In this document: in pieces, positions 9,719 through 19,747 of the stretch
Layout of the letters: every line of letters starts with the position of its first letter
How positions within the stretch are numbered: position 1 is the first letter of the stretch
From: Geopsychrobacteraceae bacterium
Lineage (GTDB): Bacteria; Desulfobacterota; Desulfuromonadia; Desulfuromonadales; Geopsychrobacteraceae
Assembly: GCA_963676795.2 (NCBI GenBank)
Contig: CAXXTB010000002.1
Coordinates: 544,001 to 608,000, forward strand
Direction: 5' to 3'
Length of the DNA: 64,000 nucleotides
Program-made: the position numbers and the translations under genes
The notes under the pieces: generated by a model
What the model was told of the DNA's origin: nothing
The model's database searches: none
Seen by the model: only the letters and a program-made list of their open reading frames with translations

Positions 9719-10579
9719 TTAACGCAACAGGAGCAGCGGCTGCTCGGTTGCGAGCAGCATCTTGACGGTGAAGCTGCCGATCAGCATGTCCCTGATCCGG
9801 TGATGGGTAAAGGCGCCCATGACGGTCAGGTCTATCTGTTCCTGCCGCTGATAGCTGCACAGAACGTCCTGCGGGGTGCCGGACAGTTCGGCAACGGTCA
9901 CCTCGAACCCGGCTTTTTTGAGCTGGCCTGCGGCGCGCTCGATAGTGTCTTTGAATTTCTGCGACTGGTTGACGTTGACCAGGTGACAGGGCAGGCCTCT
10001 GAGTAGAGGACGTTCGGTCAGCATTTTGAGCGCTTTGAAGGAGCCTTCGCTGCCGTCGAAGGCGAGCATGATTTTGGTCGGTTCCTTAAACGCACGGTTG
10101 ACGATGAAGATCGGCTTGTAAAGAGAGCGCACGACGGTTTCCAGGTGAGCGCCGATCCGCTGTTCGCGGTCCTGACTCTTGAGGCCGCGGATGCCCATGA
10201 ACAGGACCCGGATGTCATCTTCCGCATCGACCAGGGTTTTATGCAGGGAACCCATGCGTTGGCTGTGCAGTGGCTGCGGGCCGCCGGCATTGACGATCCG
10301 TTCGCTGAGCCTGTGCAGCAGGGTTTGCCCTTCTTCGATGAGTATCCGGCTGCGTTTTTCCTCCAGGCTGACCAGCTCTTCCATCAGCTGTTCGCTGGCT
10401 CCAAGGCCGATGCTGCCACTTAAGTCGAGGACGGTATCGGCACGCTCTTCGATGCTGTGCAGCAATTTGATGTCGACGCCGATCCGTCTGTGCGCCCACA
10501 GGGCGTAATCGCAGACGGCGTCGGTGAAAGGGGAGCCGTCGACACAGGCGACAATCTTGGCTTCAGGGTTGATCTGCAT
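9719..10579 (-). CDS. Universal stress protein (tandem USP domains)
   Basis: ACVDGS and LAFDGS repeats; VMGAF..H..IR..LIGS. Confidence 0.9.
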   Translation of the reverse strand: MQINPEAKIVACVDGSPFTDAVCDYALWAHRRIGVDIKLLHSIEERADTVLDLSGSIGLGASEQLMEELVSLEEKRSRILIEEGQTLLHRLSERIVNAGGPQPLHSQRMGSLHKTLVDAEDDIRVLFMGIRGLKSQDREQRIGAHLETVVRSLYKPIFIVNRAFKEPTKIMLAFDGSEGSFKALKMLTERPLLRGLPCHLVNVNQSQKFKDTIERAAGQLKKAGFEVTVAELSGTPQDVLCSYQRQEQIDLTVMGAFTHHRIRDMLIGSFTVKMLLATEQPLLLLR

Positions 10580-12064
10580 TTAGTGGCCTCCAAGAACCTT
10601 GTCCAGTTGTTCAGGTTTGTCGTAGCTGCCAAAGCGATCGACAATGGTTTCGCTGGCTTCATTGAGGCCAATGACATTGACCTTGCTACCGTTGCGTCTG
10701 AATTTGATGACGGTCTTGTCCAGCGCGCCGACGGCCGAAATATCCCAGAAGTGGGCCCGGCTCAGGTCGATGGTGATTTCGTCGACCGCCTCGCGAAAGT
10801 CAAAGGCACTGACAAACTGGCTTGCCGAAGCGAAGAAGACCTGGCCGACGACATGATAACAGCGTTGTCCGCTCTGTGCATCCAGTTTTGACTCGACGTA
10901 CAAGAAGCGGCCGATCTTGTTGGCGAAAAAGAGCGCTGCCAGCAGGACGCCGGAGAGTACCCCGAGAGCCAGATTGTGGGTCCAGACGACCACGACCACG
11001 GTGACCAGGATGACCAGATTGGTCGACAGCGGCCGGTGCCGCGCCTCTTTGATCGACTCCCAGCTGAAGGTGCCGATCGAGACCATGATCATGACGGCGA
11101 CCAGGGCTGCCATCGGAATGATCGAGACGAAGTCGCTCAAAAAGACCACCAGGATCAGCAGCAGAATACCGGCGACCAGAGTCGAAAGACGCCCGCGGCC
11201 GCCCGATTTGACGTTGATGACCGACTGGCCGATCATGGCGCAACCGGCCATGCCGCCGAACAGGCCGGAAACGACATTGGCCAGCCCCTGCCCCTTGCAC
11301 TCGCGGTTCTTGTCGCTGTCGGTGTCGGTGAAATCATCGACAATGGCGCTGGTCATCAGCGACTCGAGCAGACCGACAACCGCCAGCGGGATAGAGTAGG
11401 GGAGGATGATCTTCAATGTCTCAAGATTCAGCGGGACATCGGGCCAGAGGAAAATCGGCAGTGAGTCGGGCAGCTCGCCCATGTCGCCGACGGTGCGGAT
11501 GTCGATCTTGAGAAAATAGCACGCGGCCGTCAAAAGCAGGATCGCCACCAGCGGCGACGGGATGGTCTTGTTGATGCGCGGGAAGGTGTAGATGATCAGC
11601 AGGCCGACAGCGGTGACGGCATAGACATGCCAGGTCACATGGGTCAGTTCCGGCAGTTGGGCCATGAAGATCAGAATCGCCAGCGCGTTGACAAAGCCGG
11701 TGACGACCGCCTTGGAGACGAAGCGCATCAGCTCGCCGAGACGCAGGTAGCCGGCGATAATCTGCAGGACACCGGTCAGGAGACTGGCGGCGAACAGGTA
11801 CTGCAGGCCGTGCTCCTTGACCAGGGTGGTCATCAGCAGTGCCATGGCACCGGTCGCTGCGGAGATCATCCCGGGTCTGCCGCCGGTGATGGCGGTAACC
11901 ACGGCAATACAGAAGGAGGCATAGAGGCCGACCTTGGGATCGACCCCGGCGATAATCGAAAAGGCGATCGCTTCTGGGATCAGGGCCAGGGCGACGACAC
12001 AGCCGGCCAGGATATCGGCGCGTTTGTTGCCGAGCCAGTCTTGCTTTTTTGAGAGTAACAGCAT
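10580..12064 (-). CDS. SulP family anion transporter with STAS domain
   Basis: [32 protein letters not shown]-terminal STAS; alternative start 12079. Confidence 0.92.
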   Translation of the reverse strand: MLLLSKKQDWLGNKRADILAGCVVALALIPEAIAFSIIAGVDPKVGLYASFCIAVVTAITGGRPGMISAATGAMALLMTTLVKEHGLQYLFAASLLTGVLQIIAGYLRLGELMRFVSKAVVTGFVNALAILIFMAQLPELTHVTWHVYAVTAVGLLIIYTFPRINKTIPSPLVAILLLTAACYFLKIDIRTVGDMGELPDSLPIFLWPDVPLNLETLKIILPYSIPLAVVGLLESLMTSAIVDDFTDTDSDKNRECKGQGLANVVSGLFGGMAGCAMIGQSVINVKSGGRGRLSTLVAGILLLILVVFLSDFVSIIPMAALVAVMIMVSIGTFSWESIKEARHRPLSTNLVILVTVVVVVWTHNLALGVLSGVLLAALFFANKIGRFLYVESKLDAQSGQRCYHVVGQVFFASASQFVSAFDFREAVDEITIDLSRAHFWDISAVGALDKTVIKFRRNGSKVNVIGLNEASETIVDRFGSYDKPEQLDKVLGGH

Positions 12065-12230
12065 TGTTTTGTATTCCATCAGTCATGCAGAAAAAAGCTT
12101 CAGGAGACTACCTGCTCCTGTTTTTTTGAACAAAAGGGTGAACCTAACGAATTAACTTTGTGTGAGGCAAGTTAATTTTCTTTGATTGGGGCGGATCATG
12201 GGTGGTTGTTTTTGAACTCATTCGGTTCTG

Positions 12231-12261
12231 CCCGTTAGATGGGCATAGCCCATCTAACGGG
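12231..12261. repeat. Perfect 14-bp inverted repeat (REP-like)
   Basis: CCCGTTAGATGGGC-ATA-GCCCATCTAACGGG. Confidence 0.85.
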
Positions 12262-12338
12262 CGCCTTCTGTTTTGCTGGCTCGAACCGATGGAGATGACT
12301 AGAACAGCTTACGTCAGTGTTTTTCAAGAGTCAAAAGC

Positions 12339-12534
12339 ACGGGCTCGCGCGCCCGTACGGCGCCTTACTCTTTTGTCTTGCCACAAAAGAGTAAGCAGAA
12401 AAGGGCAGTTTTAAATGCTGATGTAAATTGTTCGTGGTGATCTTCGTAGCTTCTGGGCTGCTATTCTCTACACGCTCAGACGAGGCGCTTTGCGCCCCGA
12501 TTCGCGCAATCGCAAAGCCGATTCCCGGCTTGAT
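12339..12534 (+). repeat. Structured intergenic repeat family A, copy 1
   Basis: Homologous to the reverse complement of 25258-25452 (CGTAGCTTCTGGGCTGC, CGCTCAGACGAG, TTCCCGGCTTGA). Confidence 0.85.
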
Positions 12535-12581
12535 ATGATTGGAACAGGCCTTTCTTTTGGATCATTTGTGGTTTGGCTGCA

Positions 12582-14648
12582 TTAGAAGCTGACAGTCAGC
12601 GAAGCCCCGATCATTCTCGGCTGTTGTTGCAGCGGAGCGTCGGTGTCGTTGTTGCTGATCAGGATCGTCGAATCATCATCGAACAGGTTGCTGGCGAACA
12701 GCGCCAGGCGGGTCCTGGTGAAGTTGTAGGCGATCTGCATGTCGGCGAGCCAGAAGCTGTCAATCTTCCCGGCGCCGTCATTGTCGTAGTAGGAATAGTA
12801 ATCGGCAAAGTAGCTGACATCGGCGCTGATATCGAGTTTTCCCCAGTGGTAGATACCTCCCAGGTGCCCCGTATAGCCGGGCGAGCGGGGCAGCTCATTC
12901 CCTTCGTAATCGTTCATGCTGAATTTGAGGATCTCTGTTTCCAGCAGGCCGAAGCTGGCCGAAAGTTCCAGGTCTTCGCCAGCCAGCCAGCGGCCGGAGA
13001 TCTCGGCGCCGTAGGTCTGCACATCGTCGGCATTGATGATGGTGGTCGATTTGGCCGTCAGGTAATAGGGGAGCTGCATATCCCTATAGCGGTTGTAGAA
13101 AATATTGGTCGACAGTTCCAGTCGGGCGTCGAAAAGCAGGTGGCGGCAGTACAGCTCGTAATTCCAGACATATTCTTCGTCAAAAGCGTAACTGGTGACC
13201 GGCGCCGCGGTGGTGATTCCCGCCCCGCCGGCGCGATAGCCTCGGCTGATCTTTATTCCCAACGTCTGGTCTTGCGCATAGAGCCAGGCCAGGTCGAGTT
13301 TCGGCAGCAGGGTCCGGTAGGTTTCGTCGAAATCGATGGACACCGTATTCGCGGCATCCCCGCCGCTGCGCCATCTGTGCTCATATTCATAGCGTGTGCC
13401 GAGGATCAGCCGGATCTCGGGACGCAGGGTGAAATTGCCTTCCGCGTAGGCGGAGGCAGTTCTGGTCTTGTCCGTGAAGTTGCTGCCGCCGTAAATATCG
13501 ACGAATTCATCCTGCTCGGCCTGGAAATAGCGCAGTCCGGCCTGGCCGTAGAAAGGTTCATCACTGGTGCCAAAATGGAATAACGGTTCGACCTGGAACT
13601 CGTGTCCGTCGATATTGGCCTCGGGGTTGCTCGGATCGGTCAGGCGGTCGATGGAAAATTCCGAATAGAGCAGGCTGTTCTCCAGTTCTGAGCCGTTATC
13701 GAACTGCCATTCCAGATCCCAGCGGCCGGTGGTCGAGGCGGTTTCGAAGACCGGCCGTGCGACGCTGAATTTGGAACCGGTGCTGGTATCCGGAGCATAG
13801 TTCTCGTTCTGCGGTGCCCTGGTTTCGATCCGGGTCAGGGCCAGGCTGCTGAGCAGCTGCGACAGTGCATCGGGCAGGTAGAGAAGTTTGCCCCGGTAGG
13901 TACTGGTCACAATCCAGCGCGGGTCGCCAGCCTCTGCGTAGGATTCAAGGTCGGTCGCGCTTTTATGCCGTTGCCGGTCGGCACTCAGGCGCAGGGCCAG
14001 TTCATCGGTAAGCGGGCCGGAAATCACGGCGGCCAGCTGCGAGTAGGATTGTTCACCGGCGGCGACTTTTGCCTTGTTCTGCCAGTTAAAGGTCGGATCT
14101 TCCGATTCGAGAATTACCGCACCGGCAATGGCGTTGCGTCCGGATATATAGCTCTGAGGCCCGAGGTAGATTTCCGTCCGTTCGATATCCCACAGCGATT
14201 GCGGGCCGAAGGCCAGTTCGTTGTAGGTCAGCGAACGGCCATCGAGGGTGACATTCAGGCGCGGCCTGAGCCCGGCAAAGAAAGCGACCCGGCCCCGTCC
14301 CGGCCCCGAACCGTCAATCCCGCGCACCGTCGGCAGATCGTCGGCGTTGCCGACCGAAACGATGTTGGCTGTTTTGTCGAGCAGATCGTTGACCCGGGTG
14401 GCATTGGCCAGCCGGGTGATGGATTCCTCGTCGAACACCTTGACACTCGTGCCGGTTGTCTGGGTCGTCCGCTCGCTTTTTTCACCAGTGACGATGACCG
14501 GCGGCAGTACTGAGGCAGGGACGTTTTGAGTGCTTGCATCGCTGATCTGTTGTTCCGCCCGGCATGGAGCCCAGGCGCTGAGGCACAGCAACAGGGCACA
14601 GCACGAGGCTGCGTGGCCGAACCGTTTATGACCGGTCAGGTGTGGCAT
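12582..14648 (-). CDS. TonB-dependent siderophore receptor (ViuA/VuuA-like)
   Basis: VIVTGEK TonB box, plug GPQSLWD..GPQSY..GRNA, C-terminal F; start MPHLTG assumed. Confidence 0.82.
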   Translation of the reverse strand: MPHLTGHKRFGHAASCCALLLCLSAWAPCRAEQQISDASTQNVPASVLPPVIVTGEKSERTTQTTGTSVKVFDEESITRLANATRVNDLLDKTANIVSVGNADDLPTVRGIDGSGPGRGRVAFFAGLRPRLNVTLDGRSLTYNELAFGPQSLWDIERTEIYLGPQSYISGRNAIAGAVILESEDPTFNWQNKAKVAAGEQSYSQLAAVISGPLTDELALRLSADRQRHKSATDLESYAEAGDPRWIVTSTYRGKLLYLPDALSQLLSSLALTRIETRAPQNENYAPDTSTGSKFSVARPVFETASTTGRWDLEWQFDNGSELENSLLYSEFSIDRLTDPSNPEANIDGHEFQVEPLFHFGTSDEPFYGQAGLRYFQAEQDEFVDIYGGSNFTDKTRTASAYAEGNFTLRPEIRLILGTRYEYEHRWRSGGDAANTVSIDFDETYRTLLPKLDLAWLYAQDQTLGIKISRGYRAGGAGITTAAPVTSYAFDEEYVWNYELYCRHLLFDARLELSTNIFYNRYRDMQLPYYLTAKSTTIINADDVQTYGAEISGRWLAGEDLELSASFGLLETEILKFSMNDYEGNELPRSPGYTGHLGGIYHWGKLDISADVSYFADYYSYYDNDGAGKIDSFWLADMQIAYNFTRTRLALFASNLFDDDSTILISNNDTDAPLQQQPRMIGASLTVSF

Positions 14649-14864
14649 CTTGTTCCTCTCCCAGAGAATGGCGTCAGTTGGTGTTGAACTGCCGTCCAGC
14701 ATAAACGGTTGATTATAGTGCCAAAAAAAAACATTTCCAGTCGGATAGGCAGTTTTACTGTGGTATTTTTATCAATTTCGACAATCTTCACTACCTCTGC
14801 TGACGAATCGCAAGATACTGCTAGACTTTCAATAAACGCAGCAGAGCGCAGAGGAGTGCAGGCT

Positions 14865-16571
14865 ATGGACAGAATCAGGTTTAACTATCGGGAAGAACGC
14901 ATTGCCTACTTTACCATGGAAATCGGCCTGAGTTCCGAGATCCCGACCTACAGCGGCGGCCTTGGAGTTCTGGCTGGTGATACGATCAAGAGTGCCGCCG
15001 ACCTGAAGCTACCGATGGTCGCTGTGACCCTGCTTTATCGCAAGGGGTACTTTATCCAAAGCCTCGACAACAAGGGGTGGCAGCACGAACAGCCGGTCAA
15101 GTGGCAGCCGGAGCAGCATATGGAGCGGCTGCCGCGTAAATCGATGGTGACCATCGAAGGGCGCGATGTCAAGATTCAGGCCTGGCTGCATCGGGTCAAG
15201 AGTCCGTCCGGCGGCGAGGTCCCGGTGCTGTTCCTCGATACCGACATCCCGGGGAATTCTGAACAGGACAGAGGCCTGACCGATTACCTCTACGGTGGTG
15301 ACAAACTGTTACGTCTCAAGCAGGAGATCATCCTCGGCATCGGCGGGGTGCGGATGCTCCGGGCGCTGAACTTTCCGGTCAAGAAGTATCACATGAACGA
15401 AGGGCATGCGAGCCTGCTCACAATCGAACTGCTCAATACCAGCCGCGGACCGCTGGTCGGTCAGGAGCACAGTCCGCTGGTCGTTGAGCAGATCGTCAAT
15501 CAGTGTGTGTTTACGACCCATACTCCGGTTCCGGCCGGACATGACCGCTTTGACTATGCTCTGGTGGAAAGGGTCATGCCACCGGAGATTTCGATGGATA
15601 TGCTTAAGGTGTTTTCGTCACCGGACGAACTGAACATGACCCTGCTGGCCATGAACCTGAGCAATTACATCAATGGTGTTGCCAAAAAGCATGGCGAAGT
15701 CTCACAGAGCCTGTTCCCCGGTTTCCAGATTCACGCCATCACCAACGGCGTGCACCCCTTTACCTGGTGCTCGCCGTTTTTTGTCAGTCTCTATGACAAC
15801 TACCTTCCGGGCTGGGCCAACGAGCCTGAAGTTCTGGTTCGTGTCGATCATATCTCCGACGACGAGATCTGGGATGCGCACTGTGGGGCCAAAGCCCTGT
15901 TTTTCCTCTATATCAAGGAGAAGACCGGTATCGACCTGAACCCGGAGCTGTTGACCATCGGTTTCGCCCGGCGCGCGGCCTCTTACAAACGCGGAGACCT
16001 GATTTTTCATAACCTGGATCGTCTGCTGCAGATCGGCGAAGGGAAGTTGCAACTGATTTTCGGCGGCAAGGCTCACCCGCAGGATAAATGGGGGAAAGAG
16101 CTGATCCAGCGGATCATCCAGCAGGAGGAGAGACTTCGCGGCCGGATCTCGCTGGTCTACCTGGAAAACTATGACATGGAACTCGCCGCGCAGTTTATCC
16201 CTGGTGTCGATCTCTGGCTGAACAACCCGATCCGTCCTCAGGAGGCCTCGGGGACCAGCGGGATGAAAGCGGCGCTGAACGGTGTCCCCAATTTCAGTGT
16301 TCTCGACGGCTGGTGGATCGAGGGGCATATCGAGGGGGTGACCGGCTGGTCGATCGGTCCACCGGCCGACCAGGTGTGCAGCGAGGATGATTGTTACGAA
16401 GACGACGTCAACGACCTTTATACCAAGCTGGAAAAGACGATCATTCCGCTCTTCTATGAGAACCGCAGCGGCTGGATTCAGGTGATGAAGAACGCCATCA
16501 GCAAGAACGCCTATTATTTCAACACCCATGTGATGATGCGGCGTTATGTCACGGAGGCCTACATAAAATAA
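14865..16571 (+). CDS. glgP: Alpha-glucan (glycogen/starch) phosphorylase
   Basis: YSGGLGVLAGD, HMNEGH, EASGTSGMKAALNG PLP site; GAGGAG RBS. Confidence 0.93.
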   Translation: MDRIRFNYREERIAYFTMEIGLSSEIPTYSGGLGVLAGDTIKSAADLKLPMVAVTLLYRKGYFIQSLDNKGWQHEQPVKWQPEQHMERLPRKSMVTIEGRDVKIQAWLHRVKSPSGGEVPVLFLDTDIPGNSEQDRGLTDYLYGGDKLLRLKQEIILGIGGVRMLRALNFPVKKYHMNEGHASLLTIELLNTSRGPLVGQEHSPLVVEQIVNQCVFTTHTPVPAGHDRFDYALVERVMPPEISMDMLKVFSSPDELNMTLLAMNLSNYINGVAKKHGEVSQSLFPGFQIHAITNGVHPFTWCSPFFVSLYDNYLPGWANEPEVLVRVDHISDDEIWDAHCGAKALFFLYIKEKTGIDLNPELLTIGFARRAASYKRGDLIFHNLDRLLQIGEGKLQLIFGGKAHPQDKWGKELIQRIIQQEERLRGRISLVYLENYDMELAAQFIPGVDLWLNNPIRPQEASGTSGMKAALNGVPNFSVLDGWWIEGHIEGVTGWSIGPPADQVCSEDDCYEDDVNDLYTKLEKTIIPLFYENRSGWIQVMKNAISKNAYYFNTHVMMRRYVTEAYIK

Positions 16572-16587
16572 CGCAGAGCGACTGCTG

Positions 16588-17838
16588 TTAAACGTCGAGA
16601 GTGGTCAGTTGTTCGAGGAGCTGTTCCTCGTCGTCAAACTGTTGCGCGCCTTGCTTGACCAGCCTTTCAATCGCGGCCCAGGCCTGCCCCTCGGCAAAGT
16701 CATGCCGCGGGTCCTGTTTCAGCAGGTAGACCAGCTGACCATTGTCCAGTGCCCTGGCGGCCAGCTCCAGACAGGCAAGGTTGCCGGGTCCCCACCACTG
16801 GGTTGCGACGATGAGCACCCGGACTGATTCGAGCAGCTGACCGGTCTGTCGCAGTTTGGCCGTGGAGAGGGGCTGAAACGGCTGTTCGTCGATCGTCGGC
16901 AGGTTCAGCGTTGTGGCGGTTAGCTGATCTGAATCGCCCCGATTCACCGGGCCGCAGCTCAAGTCGGCCCCGCCCAGGTGGAGGCGGCGCAGGATGGTTC
17001 TGCCGCTCCCGCCGCCGCACAGGAGATGGATGCGCAGTCCGTCGAAGCGGAAGGCGGTGGTGTTGAAGCAGGGGACGATATGGGGGGTGCCGGTCAGCAA
17101 GTTCTGTTCGACTTTGATTTCGGCGCGGAAGACCTTGCTGAGGATTGGTCCGGTCATCACCTCGGCCGGTGTCCCGAGGGCGGCGATCTCCCCCTGCTCG
17201 TTAAAGAGCAGGATACGATCCGACATGGCGGCACTCAGGTCAAAGTCGTGGCTGACCTGAATGATTGTGGTCTGTCTCTCCCGGTTCTGGCGCAGCAACA
17301 GGTCGCTCAATTCGAGGCGGTGATTAATATCCAGATGGCTGGTGGCCTCATCGAGAAACAGCACAGGTGTTTCCTGGGCAAGGGCGCGAGCCAGTGCTGC
17401 CCGCTGAAGCTCTCCGCCGCTTAGGACGGTGACCGGCCGTTCAGCCAGCGGCAGCAGGTCGGTCATGGCCAGGGCCTGATCAACGGCCTGACGCTGGCCG
17501 GTCCCGTTGAAGTCGAAGAGGTGCTTGCGTTGTGAATAGCGTCCCATGGCGACGAAATCGCGCACCTTGTAGGGAAAGTCGACCCGGGTGAACTGGGTGA
17601 CCACGGCAACCCGGCGAGCCTTTTCCAGGGCCGAAAATCCAGCGATATCTTTCCCCTCCCATTTGACAGATCCGCCGGTTGTTTTCAACTGGCCGCGCAG
17701 CAGCTTGAGCAGGGTCGATTTGCCGCAGCCGTTCGGCCCGAGAATCGTCAGGATCTCTCCCTTGCGGACGGTAAAGTTCAGCGTTCTGAGCAGGCTGTCA
17801 CCGTTATAGCCGAAATTCAACTCTCTGACTTCGATCAC
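16588..17838 (-). CDS. btuD: Cobalamin ABC transporter ATP-binding protein with C-terminal extension
   Basis: GTG start overlapping the btuC stop; GPNGCGKS, LSGGE, LDEATSHLD. Confidence 0.8.
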   Translation of the reverse strand: MIEVRELNFGYNGDSLLRTLNFTVRKGEILTILGPNGCGKSTLLKLLRGQLKTTGGSVKWEGKDIAGFSALEKARRVAVVTQFTRVDFPYKVRDFVAMGRYSQRKHLFDFNGTGQRQAVDQALAMTDLLPLAERPVTVLSGGELQRAALARALAQETPVLFLDEATSHLDINHRLELSDLLLRQNRERQTTIIQVSHDFDLSAAMSDRILLFNEQGEIAALGTPAEVMTGPILSKVFRAEIKVEQNLLTGTPHIVPCFNTTAFRFDGLRIHLLCGGGSGRTILRRLHLGGADLSCGPVNRGDSDQLTATTLNLPTIDEQPFQPLSTAKLRQTGQLLESVRVLIVATQWWGPGNLACLELAARALDNGQLVYLLKQDPRHDFAEGQAWAAIERLVKQGAQQFDDEEQLLEQLTTLDV

Positions 17839-18827
17839 AGCCCCCCCCTGCGTTGTAACAGATAGAGGAAGAACGGCGCGCCGAGCAGGGCGGTAATCAC
17901 CCCGACCGGGATCTCGGCCGGTGCGTAGATACTGCGCGATAAGGCGTCGGCGAGCATCAGGAAGCTTGCCCCGAAGAACGCAGCAAAAGGGATCAGGATG
18001 CGGTGTGACGGGCCCCAGAGCAGGCGGCAGATATGCGGGACGACCAGGCCGACAAAGCCGACCAGACCGGCCATGGCGACTGCGCCAGCGGTCAGGGCAC
18101 CGGCGAGGATGAACAGGATCAGCCGGCTTCTCGCAACATTGAGTCCAAGATCCGCAGCACTTTCCTCCCCTTGGGTCAGCAGGTCGAGTTGGGCGGCAAA
18201 GACCCAGATCAGGATAAAGCCGATGACAAACCAGAGTGCCCCCCAGACCAGCCAGTCCGGGTTGGCCAGTGCCAGGTTGCCGGCCAGCCAGAAGATCGCC
18301 TGGCGGGTCGCGTCGGCCGGCGCGCGCCAGAGCAGAAAGAGCAGGATGGCCGCTGCCAGGCTGCCGATCATCACCCCGGAGAGGATCAGGGTGTGGGTCG
18401 AACACTGGTGAGCCTGGGCGATCAGATAGACACTCAGCAGCGCCGCAATGGCACCGAGAAAAGCGAAGACCGCTATCAGTAGCGGTGACTGCAGTCCCAG
18501 GCTGATACCGATGACGGCACCGAGTGCCGCGCCCCCGGATACCCCGAGTAGGTAGGGGTCGGCCAGCGGGTTGCGCAGTACTCCCTGAAAGGTGACCCCC
18601 GAGAGGCTCAACGAGGCGCCGACCAGGGCCGCCAGCAGGGCGCGGGGGAAACGGATCTGCCAGACGATGGTTGCATTCAGCGCCTGCCGGTCGCTGCTGA
18701 AGACAGTTGCCAGCAGTTCGCCGGGGGACAGGATCGTGCTGCCGACCGTCAGGCAGAGGAACAGGGCAATCAGCGGAGAAAGGAGCAGCAGGCCCTTCCA
18801 GATCGTATTGCGGCTGCGCTTATTCAT
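17835..18827 (-). CDS. btuC: FecCD/BtuC family permease
   Basis: RFPR, RNPLADPYLLGVSGGA, GFVGLVVPH. Confidence 0.88.
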   Translation of the reverse strand: MNKRSRNTIWKGLLLLSPLIALFLCLTVGSTILSPGELLATVFSSDRQALNATIVWQIRFPRALLAALVGASLSLSGVTFQGVLRNPLADPYLLGVSGGAALGAVIGISLGLQSPLLIAVFAFLGAIAALLSVYLIAQAHQCSTHTLILSGVMIGSLAAAILLFLLWRAPADATRQAIFWLAGNLALANPDWLVWGALWFVIGFILIWVFAAQLDLLTQGEESAADLGLNVARSRLILFILAGALTAGAVAMAGLVGFVGLVVPHICRLLWGPSHRILIPFAAFFGASFLMLADALSRSIYAPAEIPVGVITALLGAPFFLYLLQRRGGL

Positions 18828-19698
18828 CGAAATCGATATCCGGGTGGAGAGCTTTGGCCAGCGCTTCGACGCCAAGGATCAGGCGCGGTCCCGGGCGGTA
18901 GACCCAGTCGGCTTCGACGCTGATGATCCGATTGCTCTGAACTGCTTTGAGCTGCGGCCAGCGCTCAAAAAAATCCTCCTGCTGTTGTCCGGGATGGAGC
19001 GGCAGCAGTATGGCGTCCGGGTCGGCCTGCATCAGAGCTTCCAGACTCCAGGTCGGGTATCCGGTTGTTTGACGATGAACAATGTTCATCCCTCCGGCGC
19101 GTTCAATAATATCGTCGATAAATGTGCCATGTCCGGCTACGGTCAGCGGCTGCAACATGACGCAGGGGAGCAGGGAGACCGGTTCGGTTGTTTTCAGTTT
19201 GTCGGTGATCCGGGCCAGACGGATGTGCATCTCCTCCTGCAGTTGGCGGGACTCCTGTTCATGGTTGGTCAGCCTGCCGAGGATTTCGATCGATTCGAAG
19301 GTGGTTGCAACCGAGTTGAGGGTGATGACATAGACCGAAATGCCGAGCCTCTCCAGCTGGTCGATCAGGGCGCGCGGGTTGCCTTCGGCTGTGGCGATAA
19401 CCAGGTCCGGGCGCTGCACTAGGATCGCTTCGAGGCCGGGGTCGGCATAGCTGCCGATCTTTGGCAACTGTGTCGCCTCTTCCGGGAAGTTGGCATATTC
19501 GGTGACGGCCACAACCTGATCCCCCGCGCCGATGGCAAAGAGGGCCTCCGTCGCGCTGGGAACCAGCGGAATGATGCGCTGCGGGTTATTGGGGACTGAC
19601 ACCCTTCGCCCTGCGGCATCGCTGATAACTGCTGCCGACAGGACTGTTGGCAGCAGGATGCTTATCGCAAATATGAGTGGTAAAAGAGGTTTTGTCAT
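18820..19698 (-). CDS. btuF: Cobalamin-binding periplasmic protein
   Basis: PQRIIPLVPSATEALFAIG; RPGPR motif. Confidence 0.85.
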   Translation of the reverse strand: MTKPLLPLIFAISILLPTVLSAAVISDAAGRRVSVPNNPQRIIPLVPSATEALFAIGAGDQVVAVTEYANFPEEATQLPKIGSYADPGLEAILVQRPDLVIATAEGNPRALIDQLERLGISVYVITLNSVATTFESIEILGRLTNHEQESRQLQEEMHIRLARITDKLKTTEPVSLLPCVMLQPLTVAGHGTFIDDIIERAGGMNIVHRQTTGYPTWSLEALMQADPDAILLPLHPGQQQEDFFERWPQLKAVQSNRIISVEADWVYRPGPRLILGVEALAKALHPDIDFDE

Positions 19699-19747
19699 AG
19701 TGTCATCTTCGATTTCGGTCTGTTCCGGCGATGATAGGACAAACTGC

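Noticed and set aside
17839..18405. N-terminal ~190 aa of the 605-aa ORF as part of BtuD
   Set aside because: Off-frame overlap with btuC; the plausible start is the GTG at 17838
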